62,655 nucleotides of DNA from a virus (Duplodnaviria > Caudoviricetes), in the IMG/VR virus record IMGVR_UViG_3300023261_000003, positions 1 through 62,655 of that record; one strand, given 5' to 3'. A model generated the notes under the pieces. It saw only the letters and a list, made by a program, of their open reading frames with translations, was not told the DNA's origin and did no database searches. Shown here piece by piece: positions 36,644-44,846 of the stretch (its first letter is position 1; every line of letters begins with the position of its first letter). A program made the translations under genes and the position numbers.

Positions 36644-36966
36644 GCTGACACCGGCCCTTCCCGGCCCAGGCGAGCCCGTTCCGCAGCCAAGAGTCGAATC
36701 CCCAGCCGCGTCACCTCGGCGCCGCGCACGAGCACCATGGGGCCCATGTCCCATCCCTCGACGCGGATGGTTCGCCGGTCGCACCAGACTTGGAATCCCG
36801 CCGCGCGCCTGGCGCAGCCGTCCATGCTCGACTCGTAGAGGGCTTCGACGAACGAGATGAGGCCCGGCCCCGCGAGGTCGTGCCGCATGCCGCGCCAGAC
36901 CAGCGTCGTGTGGTCGGCGCGGACGCCGGAGCGGTAGGCGTCGAGGGAGAGGACCCGGGCTGTCAT
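36640..36966 (-). CDS. hypothetical protein
   Basis: ATGA coupling. Confidence 0.55.
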   Translation of the reverse strand: MTARVLSLDAYRSGVRADHTTLVWRGMRHDLAGPGLISFVEALYESSMDGCARRAAGFQVWCDRRTIRVEGWDMGPMVLVRGAEVTRLGIRLLAAERARLGREGPVSA

Positions 36967-37592
36967 GCGGCCCCCTTGAGCTGCGTGAGTATCGCTTCGG
37001 GCACCGTCCACCAGCCGAGAGCTCCGCCACAAACGACCGGCTTCGCGAGCGGCCGCGGACCGCGGACCATGATGGCGAGGCTCCCCGGCACGTACCAAGC
37101 GGAGTCCGGTGGGTCGTCGGGGAACCGGTAGCCCGTGACCTCGATGCTGCCGACGATGTGTCCGCGGAGCGCGTCGCACTGGCCGACCAGGTCCGGCCCG
37201 AACCGCTCGGTCGTCTTGTCGAGCAGGCCCCCAATCAGGTCGTGGTCGTCGACGCGGTAGGTTTCGTCGCCCGGGTGAGCCCAGCCGAGCGACTCCCAGA
37301 GCGTCTCGGCCATGAGCTCCACATCGTGGATGAAGCACTTGCGCGCCGTCGGGCTCTTGAGCTGCGCGTAGCTGCCCTTGAATCCGGTCGAGCCCAGGCT
37401 CGCGTGAACCCAGACGCGGCCCGTCACGGTCTTCGGGAAGCCGCGACTGCGGTTCTCGACGTCTTTGCCGCGCATGAGCGCCCAGGCCCATGGCGCGTGG
37501 AGCGAGATTGCGCGCGTCGGCAGCGCCTCCGGCATGACGAACGTCTCGCCGTCGAGCCGGGAACTGGCCAGTGCTTCGCGAACGGTGCTCAT
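36963..37592 (-). CDS. ASCH domain protein
   Basis: 'AISLHAPWAWAL..GKDVENRS...GRVWVHA' and 'GALGWW'. Confidence 0.9.
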   Translation of the reverse strand: MSTVREALASSRLDGETFVMPEALPTRAISLHAPWAWALMRGKDVENRSRGFPKTVTGRVWVHASLGSTGFKGSYAQLKSPTARKCFIHDVELMAETLWESLGWAHPGDETYRVDDHDLIGGLLDKTTERFGPDLVGQCDALRGHIVGSIEVTGYRFPDDPPDSAWYVPGSLAIMVRGPRPLAKPVVCGGALGWWTVPEAILTQLKGAA

Positions 37593-37924
37593 CGCTTCTT
37601 CGCCTCCTCAACCAACCCCCGGACATGCTGAGTCGCCTTCTGGAGACGCCCCCACATGTCGGAATCGTTCGGCGCCCCGAGCAGGAGCTGCAGGACGTCC
37701 GCGGACTCGGCGTCGACGGCGCCACGCTTGCCACCGTCGCGGTAGTGGCCGAGCCGCTGGGCCTGGGCGCGGGACAGCTCCGAGCAGGCAGCCGCGAGCT
37801 CGCCGCACTCCTGGATGACCTTGAGGTCCTGGCGGCCACCACCGTTCAGGGCCCGGAGCTCGCGCTGGGCAGCGGCTGCTTCCTGGAGGAGCGCGATGTT
37901 GGCGGGGGAGAGGGCTTCGGCCAT
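37589..37924 (-). CDS. MazG-like nucleotide pyrophosphohydrolase
   Basis: 'QECGEL...AESADV' variant of EExxE...ExxD. Confidence 0.65.
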   Translation of the reverse strand: MAEALSPANIALLQEAAAAQRELRALNGGGRQDLKVIQECGELAAACSELSRAQAQRLGHYRDGGKRGAVDAESADVLQLLLGAPNDSDMWGRLQKATQHVRGLVEEAKKR

Positions 37925-38730
37925 CAGAGCAACGCCTCCCGGAGTCCCATGAAGGTCTTGACGCGCTTCGGGAGGCCGACCGGACGGAACAGGTCAGGAC
38001 CACTCCAGCCACGCTTCAAGCGCTCGCGAATGGTCGGGCCACTGACCCCGGAGCGACGCGCGGCCTCCATGAGGTTCATGCGCGCGCCCTGGAACTCGAG
38101 CTCGATGCAGCCCTTGCGGTTCTGGTTCTGCTCGCGCCAAGTCGCCCACCGGCAGTTGCCGCGGACATAGCCCTTGGTGCTATCGATGCGGTCCAGAGTT
38201 GTGCCGGGCGGCCGCTCACCCATGTCGGCCAGGAAAGCCTCGAAGGAGCCCGCCCAGTCCGGCTCAACCTCCAAGCCGCTGTAGATGCGACGCGAGCGCT
38301 CCGAGGAGCATTGTCCCTTTGCGCGTGCCTTCATTCCCGACCAGATCCGCCAGGTGCTCGTGTGTCTCATGCCATGCGTCTTGCTCCGCGCGGACTTCCT
38401 CGCCGCCAGCGTGCAGCCGCAGCAGACGGTCTTGCCGCTCGTTAGGCCTTGAACCCTTGCCCGGCACTCGCTCCCGCAGCCGCACCGACAGATTGCAACC
38501 TTGGACTGGCGCTCCAGAACCACGAGCAGCCCGAAGCGCTCACCGACCACGGCTGTCTTGGGGTGTCCGCCTCGACACACCGTCGACTTCCCTGAACGGA
38601 GGTCGCTGCCGGCCACCCGCGATTGCTTCCCGCATGAGCAACGAACCAACCAGGTGCCGGCGCCCACGTGCTCCAGCGCCGTCCATTCGCCGAATGTCTG
38701 GCCTGCGAGGTCAAAGAAAGGCCTAGCCAT
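37924..38730 (-). CDS. HNH-type homing-endonuclease-like protein
   Basis: Two 'G..FG.L.V...C.CG' repeats, 'TLDRIDS..GY..GNCRWAT..QN.N', C-terminal HTH. Confidence 0.85.
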   Translation of the reverse strand: MARPFFDLAGQTFGEWTALEHVGAGTWLVRCSCGKQSRVAGSDLRSGKSTVCRGGHPKTAVVGERFGLLVVLERQSKVAICRCGCGSECRARVQGLTSGKTVCCGCTLAARKSARSKTHGMRHTSTWRIWSGMKARAKGQCSSERSRRIYSGLEVEPDWAGSFEAFLADMGERPPGTTLDRIDSTKGYVRGNCRWATWREQNQNRKGCIELEFQGARMNLMEAARRSGVSGPTIRERLKRGWSGPDLFRPVGLPKRVKTFMGLREALL

Positions 38731-39285
38731 TCAGAGCCTCCCCGCTATCCGGTTGAACGCCGCTACTCGCTTCGGCGCCCCCCCCCATGGCCCACAGAAG
38801 GGCGAGCCATCGGGATTCCGACGGCCGGTCGCGTAGAGTGAGACCGCGCCTTCGAACGTCCCGCACTGGCGCCACGCCCAGGAGAGCAGGCGAGCGGCGT
38901 TGTCGGCCGACTCCTCGAGTGACTCGGGCAATGGCTGGACCTCGTGCTGCCAGCATCCGACGGCCGGGCGCAGCGTGAAGTCCTCGCACACGCTTTCGTC
39001 GAAGTGGCTCTCGGCCTCACCGACCGCCATGAGGGCAATGGTCATGTCGCGACGGGTCGGGTAGGGGCGCTTCCTCGCGGCGTCCTCGATGACCACGGCG
39101 TAGCGACGGAGGCGCTTTTTGGTTGCCACCGGGTCCGTGCCAGGGGCCGCAATGCGATGCAGCTCGCGCTGGATTGGACCCGGCGCGAAGTCGTCACCTC
39201 GCGCCGCCAACGTGAGCGAGCACGCCACCGTCAGGACGTTCCACGCCACTGCCGCGGCCAGGAATTTGACGCTGGTGCGCATCAT
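38731..39285 (-). CDS. secreted lytic-transglycosylase-like (SLT) protein
   Basis: Signal peptide; 'EAESHF', 'GCWQ', 'AVSLY' SLT motifs. Confidence 0.7.
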   Translation of the reverse strand: MMRTSVKFLAAAVAWNVLTVACSLTLAARGDDFAPGPIQRELHRIAAPGTDPVATKKRLRRYAVVIEDAARKRPYPTRRDMTIALMAVGEAESHFDESVCEDFTLRPAVGCWQHEVQPLPESLEESADNAARLLSWAWRQCGTFEGAVSLYATGRRNPDGSPFCGPWGGAPKRVAAFNRIAGRL

Positions 39286-39767
39286 GCTGCGGTCTCCCTG
39301 GCTGCCCTGGCGAACGCCCGTAGGCCCGACTCGCCGCAGCTCTCCGAATGGCCCTCCAGGCCGCGCCGCTTGAGCACCTTGGTGAGCGCCTCGACCTCGA
39401 TCATCCGGATGCGCTCACGCGTGACGTTGAGCAGCTCGCCCACGTCGCTCAGCGACATGCCGTCTTGGTCGGCTACGTCCAGCGCGCAGGTCTCCGGTAG
39501 CTCGTCGAAGTCGAGCCCAGGGAAGTTAAATTTGATGTTCCCGGTGGTCGGCGAGACGTCGAGGAACAGATTGTGGCGGCAGGAAAAATACGGGCAGGGC
39601 CGCTCCATTGCCATGCACTCGCCACGGGTCGTGGGCCTATCGTGGTCGACGTCACCAGCGAGCAGTGCATTGGTCTCGCGCTCGCGCTTCGTCATGCGAC
39701 GGATCGAGACCGTGGTCGCACGAAGCACCGGCAGGTGACGCCGGGACCGCCGATCGTCCGTCGTCAA
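39282..39767 (-). CDS. sigma70 region-4 HTH protein with Cys-rich N-domain
   Basis: 'MSLSDVGELLNVTRERIRMIE..AL.K'; 'RP.TR..C....RPCP..SC.H.L.LDV'. Confidence 0.88.
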   Translation of the reverse strand: MTTDDRRSRRHLPVLRATTVSIRRMTKRERETNALLAGDVDHDRPTTRGECMAMERPCPYFSCRHNLFLDVSPTTGNIKFNFPGLDFDELPETCALDVADQDGMSLSDVGELLNVTRERIRMIEVEALTKVLKRRGLEGHSESCGESGLRAFARAARETAA

Positions 39768-40237
39768 GACACCACCTCGAAGCGCCCGATGCCGACGCGC
39801 TTGATTTTTCCGCTCTGCTGCAGTGTCCAGAGTTGCGTCCGGAGCTTCTGCAGCGTGCCGGGCAGCGAGTCGCCGTAGACCCGCTTGGCGATCTGAGCCC
39901 CTGGCATCGCAGGGTTTTCGCGGAGACAGCTCAGGATGCCTTCGCCAGATCCCATCGTGCGTCCGTGAGTCGGCGCTGGGGTGGCCTTCTGCTCGGGAGC
40001 CTTGGGGGGGGGCGGCTCGTAGATGACGGGCGCTGGCGGCGAGGGCTTGGCCGCAACTGGAGACGGCGCCGTGGCGGGCACCGGCGCCGAAGCCGGCAGC
40101 GCGACCTCCTGCTGCTCCACGGCAAAGACCTGCGTCCCGCCTCGACCGAGCAGCTCGCGCAGAGTGCGCACCACGGCGTCAGTCGCGTCCGGTCCCTCGA
40201 CGTCGTAGTCGACAATGACGATTCGGCAGTAGCTCAT
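39764..40237 (-). CDS. protein with Pro-rich linker and C-terminal winged helix
   Basis: 'ILSCLRENP...QIAK...L..L...GKIKRVG.G'. Confidence 0.7.
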   Translation of the reverse strand: MSYCRIVIVDYDVEGPDATDAVVRTLRELLGRGGTQVFAVEQQEVALPASAPVPATAPSPVAAKPSPPAPVIYEPPPPKAPEQKATPAPTHGRTMGSGEGILSCLRENPAMPGAQIAKRVYGDSLPGTLQKLRTQLWTLQQSGKIKRVGIGRFEVVS

Positions 40238-40239
40238 CC

Positions 40240-40509
40240 CTACCAGGCCTCCGCAAAGTTGGTTTCGAACTGGGCAAAGCTGGCCTTGGCCCGACGCTCC
40301 GACGCCGCGCTGACGTCATCGAACGCGCGCACCTCCTGCGCCTGCAGCCAATCGCGGAGCCGCGCCGTCCCGGCGATGCGTCGCTCGGTCTCGGCCACGG
40401 GCTTGCGCCGGATGCGGTAGAGCACGCGGCGGTCCTGCAGACGTTCGATCTCGACTTCGCAGTCGAGGCCCGTCTTGGGCAGGTGGGGGAAGCGGTCGAC
40501 GTCGCTCAT
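40240..40509 (-). CDS. hypothetical protein
   Basis: GAGGAG SD. Confidence 0.6.
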   Translation of the reverse strand: MSDVDRFPHLPKTGLDCEVEIERLQDRRVLYRIRRKPVAETERRIAGTARLRDWLQAQEVRAFDDVSAASERRAKASFAQFETNFAEAW

Positions 40510-40742
40510 CGCTCCTCAATCCTTCCGCCGGCAGAGCCGCGGAGCTTCAGCGCTTCCTCGCGGGACGTCGGCTGGCAGAGCGGCTTTCCGTCGTCGTTGA
40601 CCACCACGAAGCCGTGCTTGCGCTCATGCGACGCCGCCGAGGTCGACCGGCGGGCGCTGATGAAGGCGACCTCCTGGTTCATGCGCGCGATGGGGTCTTT
40701 GCCGCGGTAGCGCTGGCCGCGGAGCGAGAGGGTGGGGCGCAT
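40506..40742 (-). CDS. hypothetical protein
   Basis: TGATG coupling. Confidence 0.5.
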   Translation of the reverse strand: MRPTLSLRGQRYRGKDPIARMNQEVAFISARRSTSAASHERKHGFVVVNDDGKPLCQPTSREEALKLRGSAGGRIEER

Positions 40743-40933
40743 CAGGCGGCGCTCCTGGCTCGACGCTGAAGAGCAATCAGAGCCCACGCGGGGACAGGAC
40801 ACTCGTTCCGCTCCCACCTCTGCAGGGTGCGGACCGCGATACCGAGCACCGTCGCGGCCTTGCCCTGAGAGAGCCCAGCAGCTTCACGCGCTACCCTGAA
40901 CAGCTGGTGCGCCTGCTCGCCCGTGGCGGACAT
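40742..40933 (-). CDS. XRE-family HTH protein
   Basis: 'AREAAGLSQGKAATVLGIAVRTLQRWE'; start may be further upstream (41029). Confidence 0.8.
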   Translation of the reverse strand: MSATGEQAHQLFRVAREAAGLSQGKAATVLGIAVRTLQRWERNECPVPAWALIALQRRARSAA

Positions 40934-41028
40934 GGCTGGCGCTTTCGCGATGGGTGAACGGGACCCACCCTGAACCGCATGGACAGGAGCGAATCGTGGA
41001 GAACCTGGCTGGTGGCGAGAAGAAGACA

Positions 41029-41313
41029 CTAGGCCGCGCTCCTTCCCGCAGGCCTGACGAAGGGCAGGTCGAGCCAGGCCTCAGGAACGCAGCAGAGCGC
41101 GTCCTTCATGGCCTGACGGTGCTGGGCCTTGTCGAACCCTCGGCGCTCAGCGAACCGGTCCCACTCGGCCAGCATGGAGGCGCCGGGCCTGATGATGCGC
41201 AGCGCGACAGGGAAGCGCGGCGCCATGGGGCCACGGAGCGAGGCGACCTCGTAGAGGGTCGGGTCCTTGTCGCCGACCTCGAGGCGGTTGCCGATGCGGG
41301 CACGTGGGCTCAT
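41029..41313 (-). CDS. hypothetical protein (cII position)
   Basis: ATGA-coupled to cro. Confidence 0.5.
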   Translation of the reverse strand: MSPRARIGNRLEVGDKDPTLYEVASLRGPMAPRFPVALRIIRPGASMLAEWDRFAERRGFDKAQHRQAMKDALCCVPEAWLDLPFVRPAGRSAA

Positions 41314-41576
41314 TCGGCCGCGGGCTCCTCGCTGGGCGCGCCAGCTGGCTCCTCAGTCTCGACTTCCTCGGCCGGAACGCCCTCGGCCCACGCCCTCATG
41401 GGAATGCCGGTCAGGTCCTCAATCTTCGCCATCTTGTCGGCCGTCGGGCGGGCGTTGCCGCTGAGCCAGGCGTGGATGGCCTGCTTCGTGACTCCGAGTT
41501 TCTCGGCGAACTCCGCCTGCGTGAACTTGGGAGACAGGGCCTCCCGAAGCTTCTGGGCTCCGACCGATACACTCAT
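41310..41576 (-). CDS. Cro-like XRE HTH repressor
   Basis: 'TQAEFAEKLGVTKQAIHAWLSG..RP'; divergent from the CI-like gene. Confidence 0.85.
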   Translation of the reverse strand: MSVSVGAQKLREALSPKFTQAEFAEKLGVTKQAIHAWLSGNARPTADKMAKIEDLTGIPMRAWAEGVPAEEVETEEPAGAPSEEPAAE

Positions 41577-41582
41577 GCATCC

Positions 41583-41611
41583 GTAGTAAAACACGCGTTG
41601 TTATATGTCAA
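41583..41611 (-). promoter_or_regulatory. lytic promoter for cro with operator in its spacer
   Basis: TTGACA-N17-TACTAC, 6 nt before ATG; contains AGTAAAACACGCGTTGTTATA. Confidence 0.7.
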
Positions 41612-41617
41612 CCAGGA

Positions 41618-41646
41618 TTGTGAATGGCCGTCGGGCAAGCAAGGGT
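41618..41646 (+). promoter_or_regulatory. P_RM-like promoter for the repressor gene
   Basis: TTGTGA-N17-AAGGGT, 6 nt before in-frame GTG 41653. Confidence 0.45.
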
Positions 41647-41652
41647 TCTCCC

Positions 41653-42201
41653 GTGGCAACGGACAGGAAGATGCTCCCGCAAGTGGAGCGGCTAGCGCTC
41701 CAGCGGTGGGCGAAAGCAACCTGCCAGCTGGACCCCGACACTGGGGGGCCCATCAACCAGGGCGACCTCGCGAGGAGGCTTGGCTTCAGTCAGCCGGCGA
41801 TCGGCAAGCTGGTGAACCATGCGGAGGTCGGCCCGGGGATCCGTGACGGCGTCCTGGCACACCTGAAAATGACGCGAGACCAGTTTCTCGCCGAGTGGGG
41901 CCGAGCCGAGGACGTCAAAGAGGAGGGCTGGCGCGCCACGGCCGAAGCCGCAGGCTACGATCCCGAGGATCCGGTCGTGGCGGAGGAATTTCAGAACGCC
42001 TACCAGGGCGTCCTGGAGTCGCTTCCCATGCTGGCAGGCCGTGGCATCGCTCGCCGACGAGCCGAAGCCAAGGGCAAAGGCGCCGTCGACAATCGCTTCA
42101 CAGGTGAGGATGTGGCCACCGGCAAGAGCGCCGAGGCGTCTGGCTTCGTGCCGGCCGGCAAGTCCACCAGCGGCAAGGCGGGAAAGGGCAGGGGGAAGTG
42201 A
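41653..42201 (+). CDS. CI-like repressor (HTH, no S24 autopeptidase domain)
   Basis: 'NQGDLARRLGFSQPAIGKL' HTH; start uncertain (41605, 41653 or 41670). Confidence 0.75.
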   Translation: MATDRKMLPQVERLALQRWAKATCQLDPDTGGPINQGDLARRLGFSQPAIGKLVNHAEVGPGIRDGVLAHLKMTRDQFLAEWGRAEDVKEEGWRATAEAAGYDPEDPVVAEEFQNAYQGVLESLPMLAGRGIARRRAEAKGKGAVDNRFTGEDVATGKSAEASGFVPAGKSTSGKAGKGRGK

Positions 42202-42794
42202 GCGACGACGACAAGAGACAGGTGGACCCCGCCGAAGAAGCGGACCACGATGACCCCGTGCCGGTCGCCCTCCCGCAGAAGGTCATCACGCCAAGTACCG
42301 TGATTCAGCTCACGCTGACGCAGTTTTGGAGTCTTCTTGGCGCGTTGGCAGTCGTGGGCGGTGGACTAGCCACCTACGTCCACAGCAACACCGCTGGCCT
42401 GACGATGCGCATGGATGCCATCGAGGTAAGAGTCGGGGCGCTCGAGCAGAAGCTGGATCGCCTCATTGCTTGGGTCGAGAACCGGGACAAGTTCGCCGGA
42501 GCCAAGAGCATCGCGGACCTGCCCGGACATAAGCCGGCGCCAGATTCGCCGCCATCTCCGGCCCCACCGGACGCTCCAGCCCCGCCGTCGTTCCCGCTGA
42601 AGACCATCCCGTCTGACGTCAAACCGATCGCGCCACCCGTGTGCGTCGAGAAGACGCTCCATCGACGCTTTGCCTGTGACGACGCGAGCGAGTGCTACCC
42701 GACGGGAGCCTTTACCGCCGAGCACTTTGCGAAGGTGATGGCGGAAGCTGGCGTCGAAAGCCCGGGCGCTCAGATCTGTGCGGCCAAGCGCTAG
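42198..42794 (+). CDS. membrane protein co-transcribed with repressor (possible superinfection exclusion)
   Basis: One TM, coiled coil, Pro linker, four-Cys C-domain. Confidence 0.65.
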   Translation: MSDDDKRQVDPAEEADHDDPVPVALPQKVITPSTVIQLTLTQFWSLLGALAVVGGGLATYVHSNTAGLTMRMDAIEVRVGALEQKLDRLIAWVENRDKFAGAKSIADLPGHKPAPDSPPSPAPPDAPAPPSFPLKTIPSDVKPIAPPVCVEKTLHRRFACDDASECYPTGAFTAEHFAKVMAEAGVESPGAQICAAKR

Positions 42795-42869
42795 CCCGCT
42801 GGCAGCGCCAACAGGGACACCGCTCTGCGGTGTCCTCCTTCCCGCCAGACTACTCGACCCCGGACAGGT

Positions 42870-43454
42870 CTATCCCACCCGCAGCGCCACCCGTCGCCGG
42901 TCATCCCTGAGCGTCGCGCGCCTGACGCCCGGGATGCGCCCAGCGCGCAGCTCGAGCGGCCACCCAAACTCCGCGCCGCGGACCCGCGTCCGTGACGGCG
43001 CCACGAGCGCCAGTGGGACATCCGTGACCTCGCCGAGCCGCAGAGCCGCGCAGCTCTCGGTCGTGACGAACCACTGGGCCAGCTTGGTGTAGCTGACGCC
43101 CGTCTCCCGAAGCGCGACCTGGAAGGCTCGCCGCGGGAGCAACAGCGCAGCCGCGAAGGCATCACAGGCGTCCTCGTTCTCTCGGGTCGAGGAGTCCAGC
43201 TCGAGCGCGAGGTGGCCGAGCTCGTGCGCCACGGCCCAGCGCTGGCGCAAGGGCGAGAGCCCGCTCCGCAGGTAGATGCGCCGCTCCCCGTTTACGGTCG
43301 CCAGCGCGGCATCACCCGGCAGCGCGCGGGCGTGGACCGTCAGGACAGTGCCGGCCCCGCCCAGGACGCGCCTCGCGAGCGCCAGCACCCGCGGGGCCTC
43401 CGAGGTGTCACCCACCATCAACGCCGCCTCCCCCTCGATCTCCTCAAGCGTCAT
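42870..43454 (-). CDS. ImmA/IrrE family metallopeptidase
   Basis: 'RQRWAVAHELGH' (HExxH) and 'E..CDAFAAALLLP'; start ATG 43454. Confidence 0.9.
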   Translation of the reverse strand: MTLEEIEGEAALMVGDTSEAPRVLALARRVLGGAGTVLTVHARALPGDAALATVNGERRIYLRSGLSPLRQRWAVAHELGHLALELDSSTRENEDACDAFAAALLLPRRAFQVALRETGVSYTKLAQWFVTTESCAALRLGEVTDVPLALVAPSRTRVRGAEFGWPLELRAGRIPGVRRATLRDDRRRVALRVG

Positions 43455-43584
43455 GGGGCCAGGGTCACTCCATCGCTGACCGGAGCGCGAGACTGAACGT
43501 GCAGAGGTCGGACATTCCGTGTCCACCGCGACAGCAACCGTCCGGTTTCGGTGACTTTCGATGTGGCCCCCACGCAATCGGTGG

Positions 43585-43614
43585 TTGACGAAGTAAAACA
43601 ACGGTTGTAATACT
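43585..43614 (+). promoter_or_regulatory. early rightward promoter with second operator copy
   Basis: TTGACG-N17/18-(T)AATACT, 6 nt before ATG 43621; contains AGTAAAACAACGGTTGTAATA. Confidence 0.75.
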
Positions 43615-43620
43615 AAGACC

Positions 43621-43830
43621 ATGACGAACGCCGCAGCCGCCCGCCTCCGCAAAGCCCTCCTCGCCGCCACCCCCGGGGAGACCACCCTGGCAGTCACGAC
43701 CCTCCGCACCACGACCGACCTCGGCACCCTGGAGGTCGAGTTGGCCCGCCAGGACGGCATGGGCCGCGTGACGGTCCTGACGAAGGACGGCCGGCAGATG
43801 CAGCTCCTGCCCCGCGAGCTCGCCGCCTGA
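43621..43830 (+). CDS. hypothetical protein, first early gene
   Basis: Strong GC3 codon bias; directly after the promoter. Confidence 0.7.
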   Translation: MTNAAAARLRKALLAATPGETTLAVTTLRTTTDLGTLEVELARQDGMGRVTVLTKDGRQMQLLPRELAA

Positions 43831-43903
43831 CCCAGGCGCGGGTCCCGGCTCACCCCCGGGCTCCGCACCTGGGCCTCTCGGCCCGGAGAAAGACCAAGCC
43901 CCC

Positions 43904-44089
43904 ATGACCCGCAAAACCACCTTCCTCCTGGTCCAGGTTGTCGAGCACGACGATTCGACCGTGCCGCCGAGCTCCGACGCCGCCGATGAGGTGGTCGCGG
44001 TGGTTCAGGCAGCTCTCCGGCCACTGGCCAATTGCCGCCAGGTCGGTGCACCCGCCCTGCGCGCGATCGCCGGAGGCCGCGGCCGATGA
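43904..44089 (+). CDS. hypothetical protein
   Basis: GGAG SD; coupled. Confidence 0.55.
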   Translation: MTRKTTFLLVQVVEHDDSTVPPSSDAADEVVAVVQAALRPLANCRQVGAPALRAIAGGRGR

Positions 44090-44451
44090 TCGCTGCGCAG
44101 CTACAGGTCCTCGGCGTGGTGCTGGTCGTCTCGCTGCTCGGTGGACTCGCGATGTGGTGGCTCAGCCTGGGCATCGACAGCCACGAGCCCACGGTGCCGG
44201 CCGTCGAAGGGGACGAGAGCACCACCGAGCCCACCCAGCGCTCGACTCCCGACGTGCAGCCCGGCCACTACCTGCCGCCTCGCGACTGCCAGGTCCTCAT
44301 CTACTCCGCCGGCGAGGAGTTCTGGTCGGACGTCGAGTTCACGCGCCAGGGGGCCGAGTACGGCTGGCGCTTCGCGTCCTCGGGCGTCGAGGTCGATCCC
44401 TCGCTCGTCGTCGACTGGCGGGAAGTTCCGCTCCGGGGAGGTGCCGCGTGA
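44086..44451 (+). CDS. membrane-anchored hypothetical protein
   Basis: N-terminal TM; ATGA coupling. Confidence 0.65.
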   Translation: MIAAQLQVLGVVLVVSLLGGLAMWWLSLGIDSHEPTVPAVEGDESTTEPTQRSTPDVQPGHYLPPRDCQVLIYSAGEEFWSDVEFTRQGAEYGWRFASSGVEVDPSLVVDWREVPLRGGAA

Positions 44452-44846
44452 ACGCCTCCATTGCCCCCAAGGTCTGCTCGATCTGCGAGAGAGCGGACTG
44501 CCGCCTGGGCTCCCACTCGGGCCCGGACCGCCGCTGGCTCTCCGCTGACGAGCTGGACCGCGAGCGCGCTGAGCGCATCACGAGGGCTCGCGCTTCGGAC
44601 GTTGCCCTGGGCCCCGAGCGCGCCGTCGTCGAGAACCTGCAGGCCCGCCTCAAGCGCCTGCCCGTGACCGACATCACGGCCGAGCTGCGCGCCCGTGCCC
44701 TGATGGCGCTCGATGAGCTGTTCGATGCCTACGGGGTCGAGCGGGAAGTCGAGAGTCGACGGACCGTCGAGATCCCCAAGGATGCCCTGCATCTCGTGGC
44801 CGACCTGGGCGCCTCGCTCGCCGCTGCCGGGAAGGTGTCGGCGTGA
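44448..44846 (+). CDS. hypothetical protein with CxxC..C..H motif
   Basis: GTGA coupling, GGAGG SD. Confidence 0.65.
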   Translation: MNASIAPKVCSICERADCRLGSHSGPDRRWLSADELDRERAERITRARASDVALGPERAVVENLQARLKRLPVTDITAELRARALMALDELFDAYGVEREVESRRTVEIPKDALHLVADLGASLAAAGKVSA

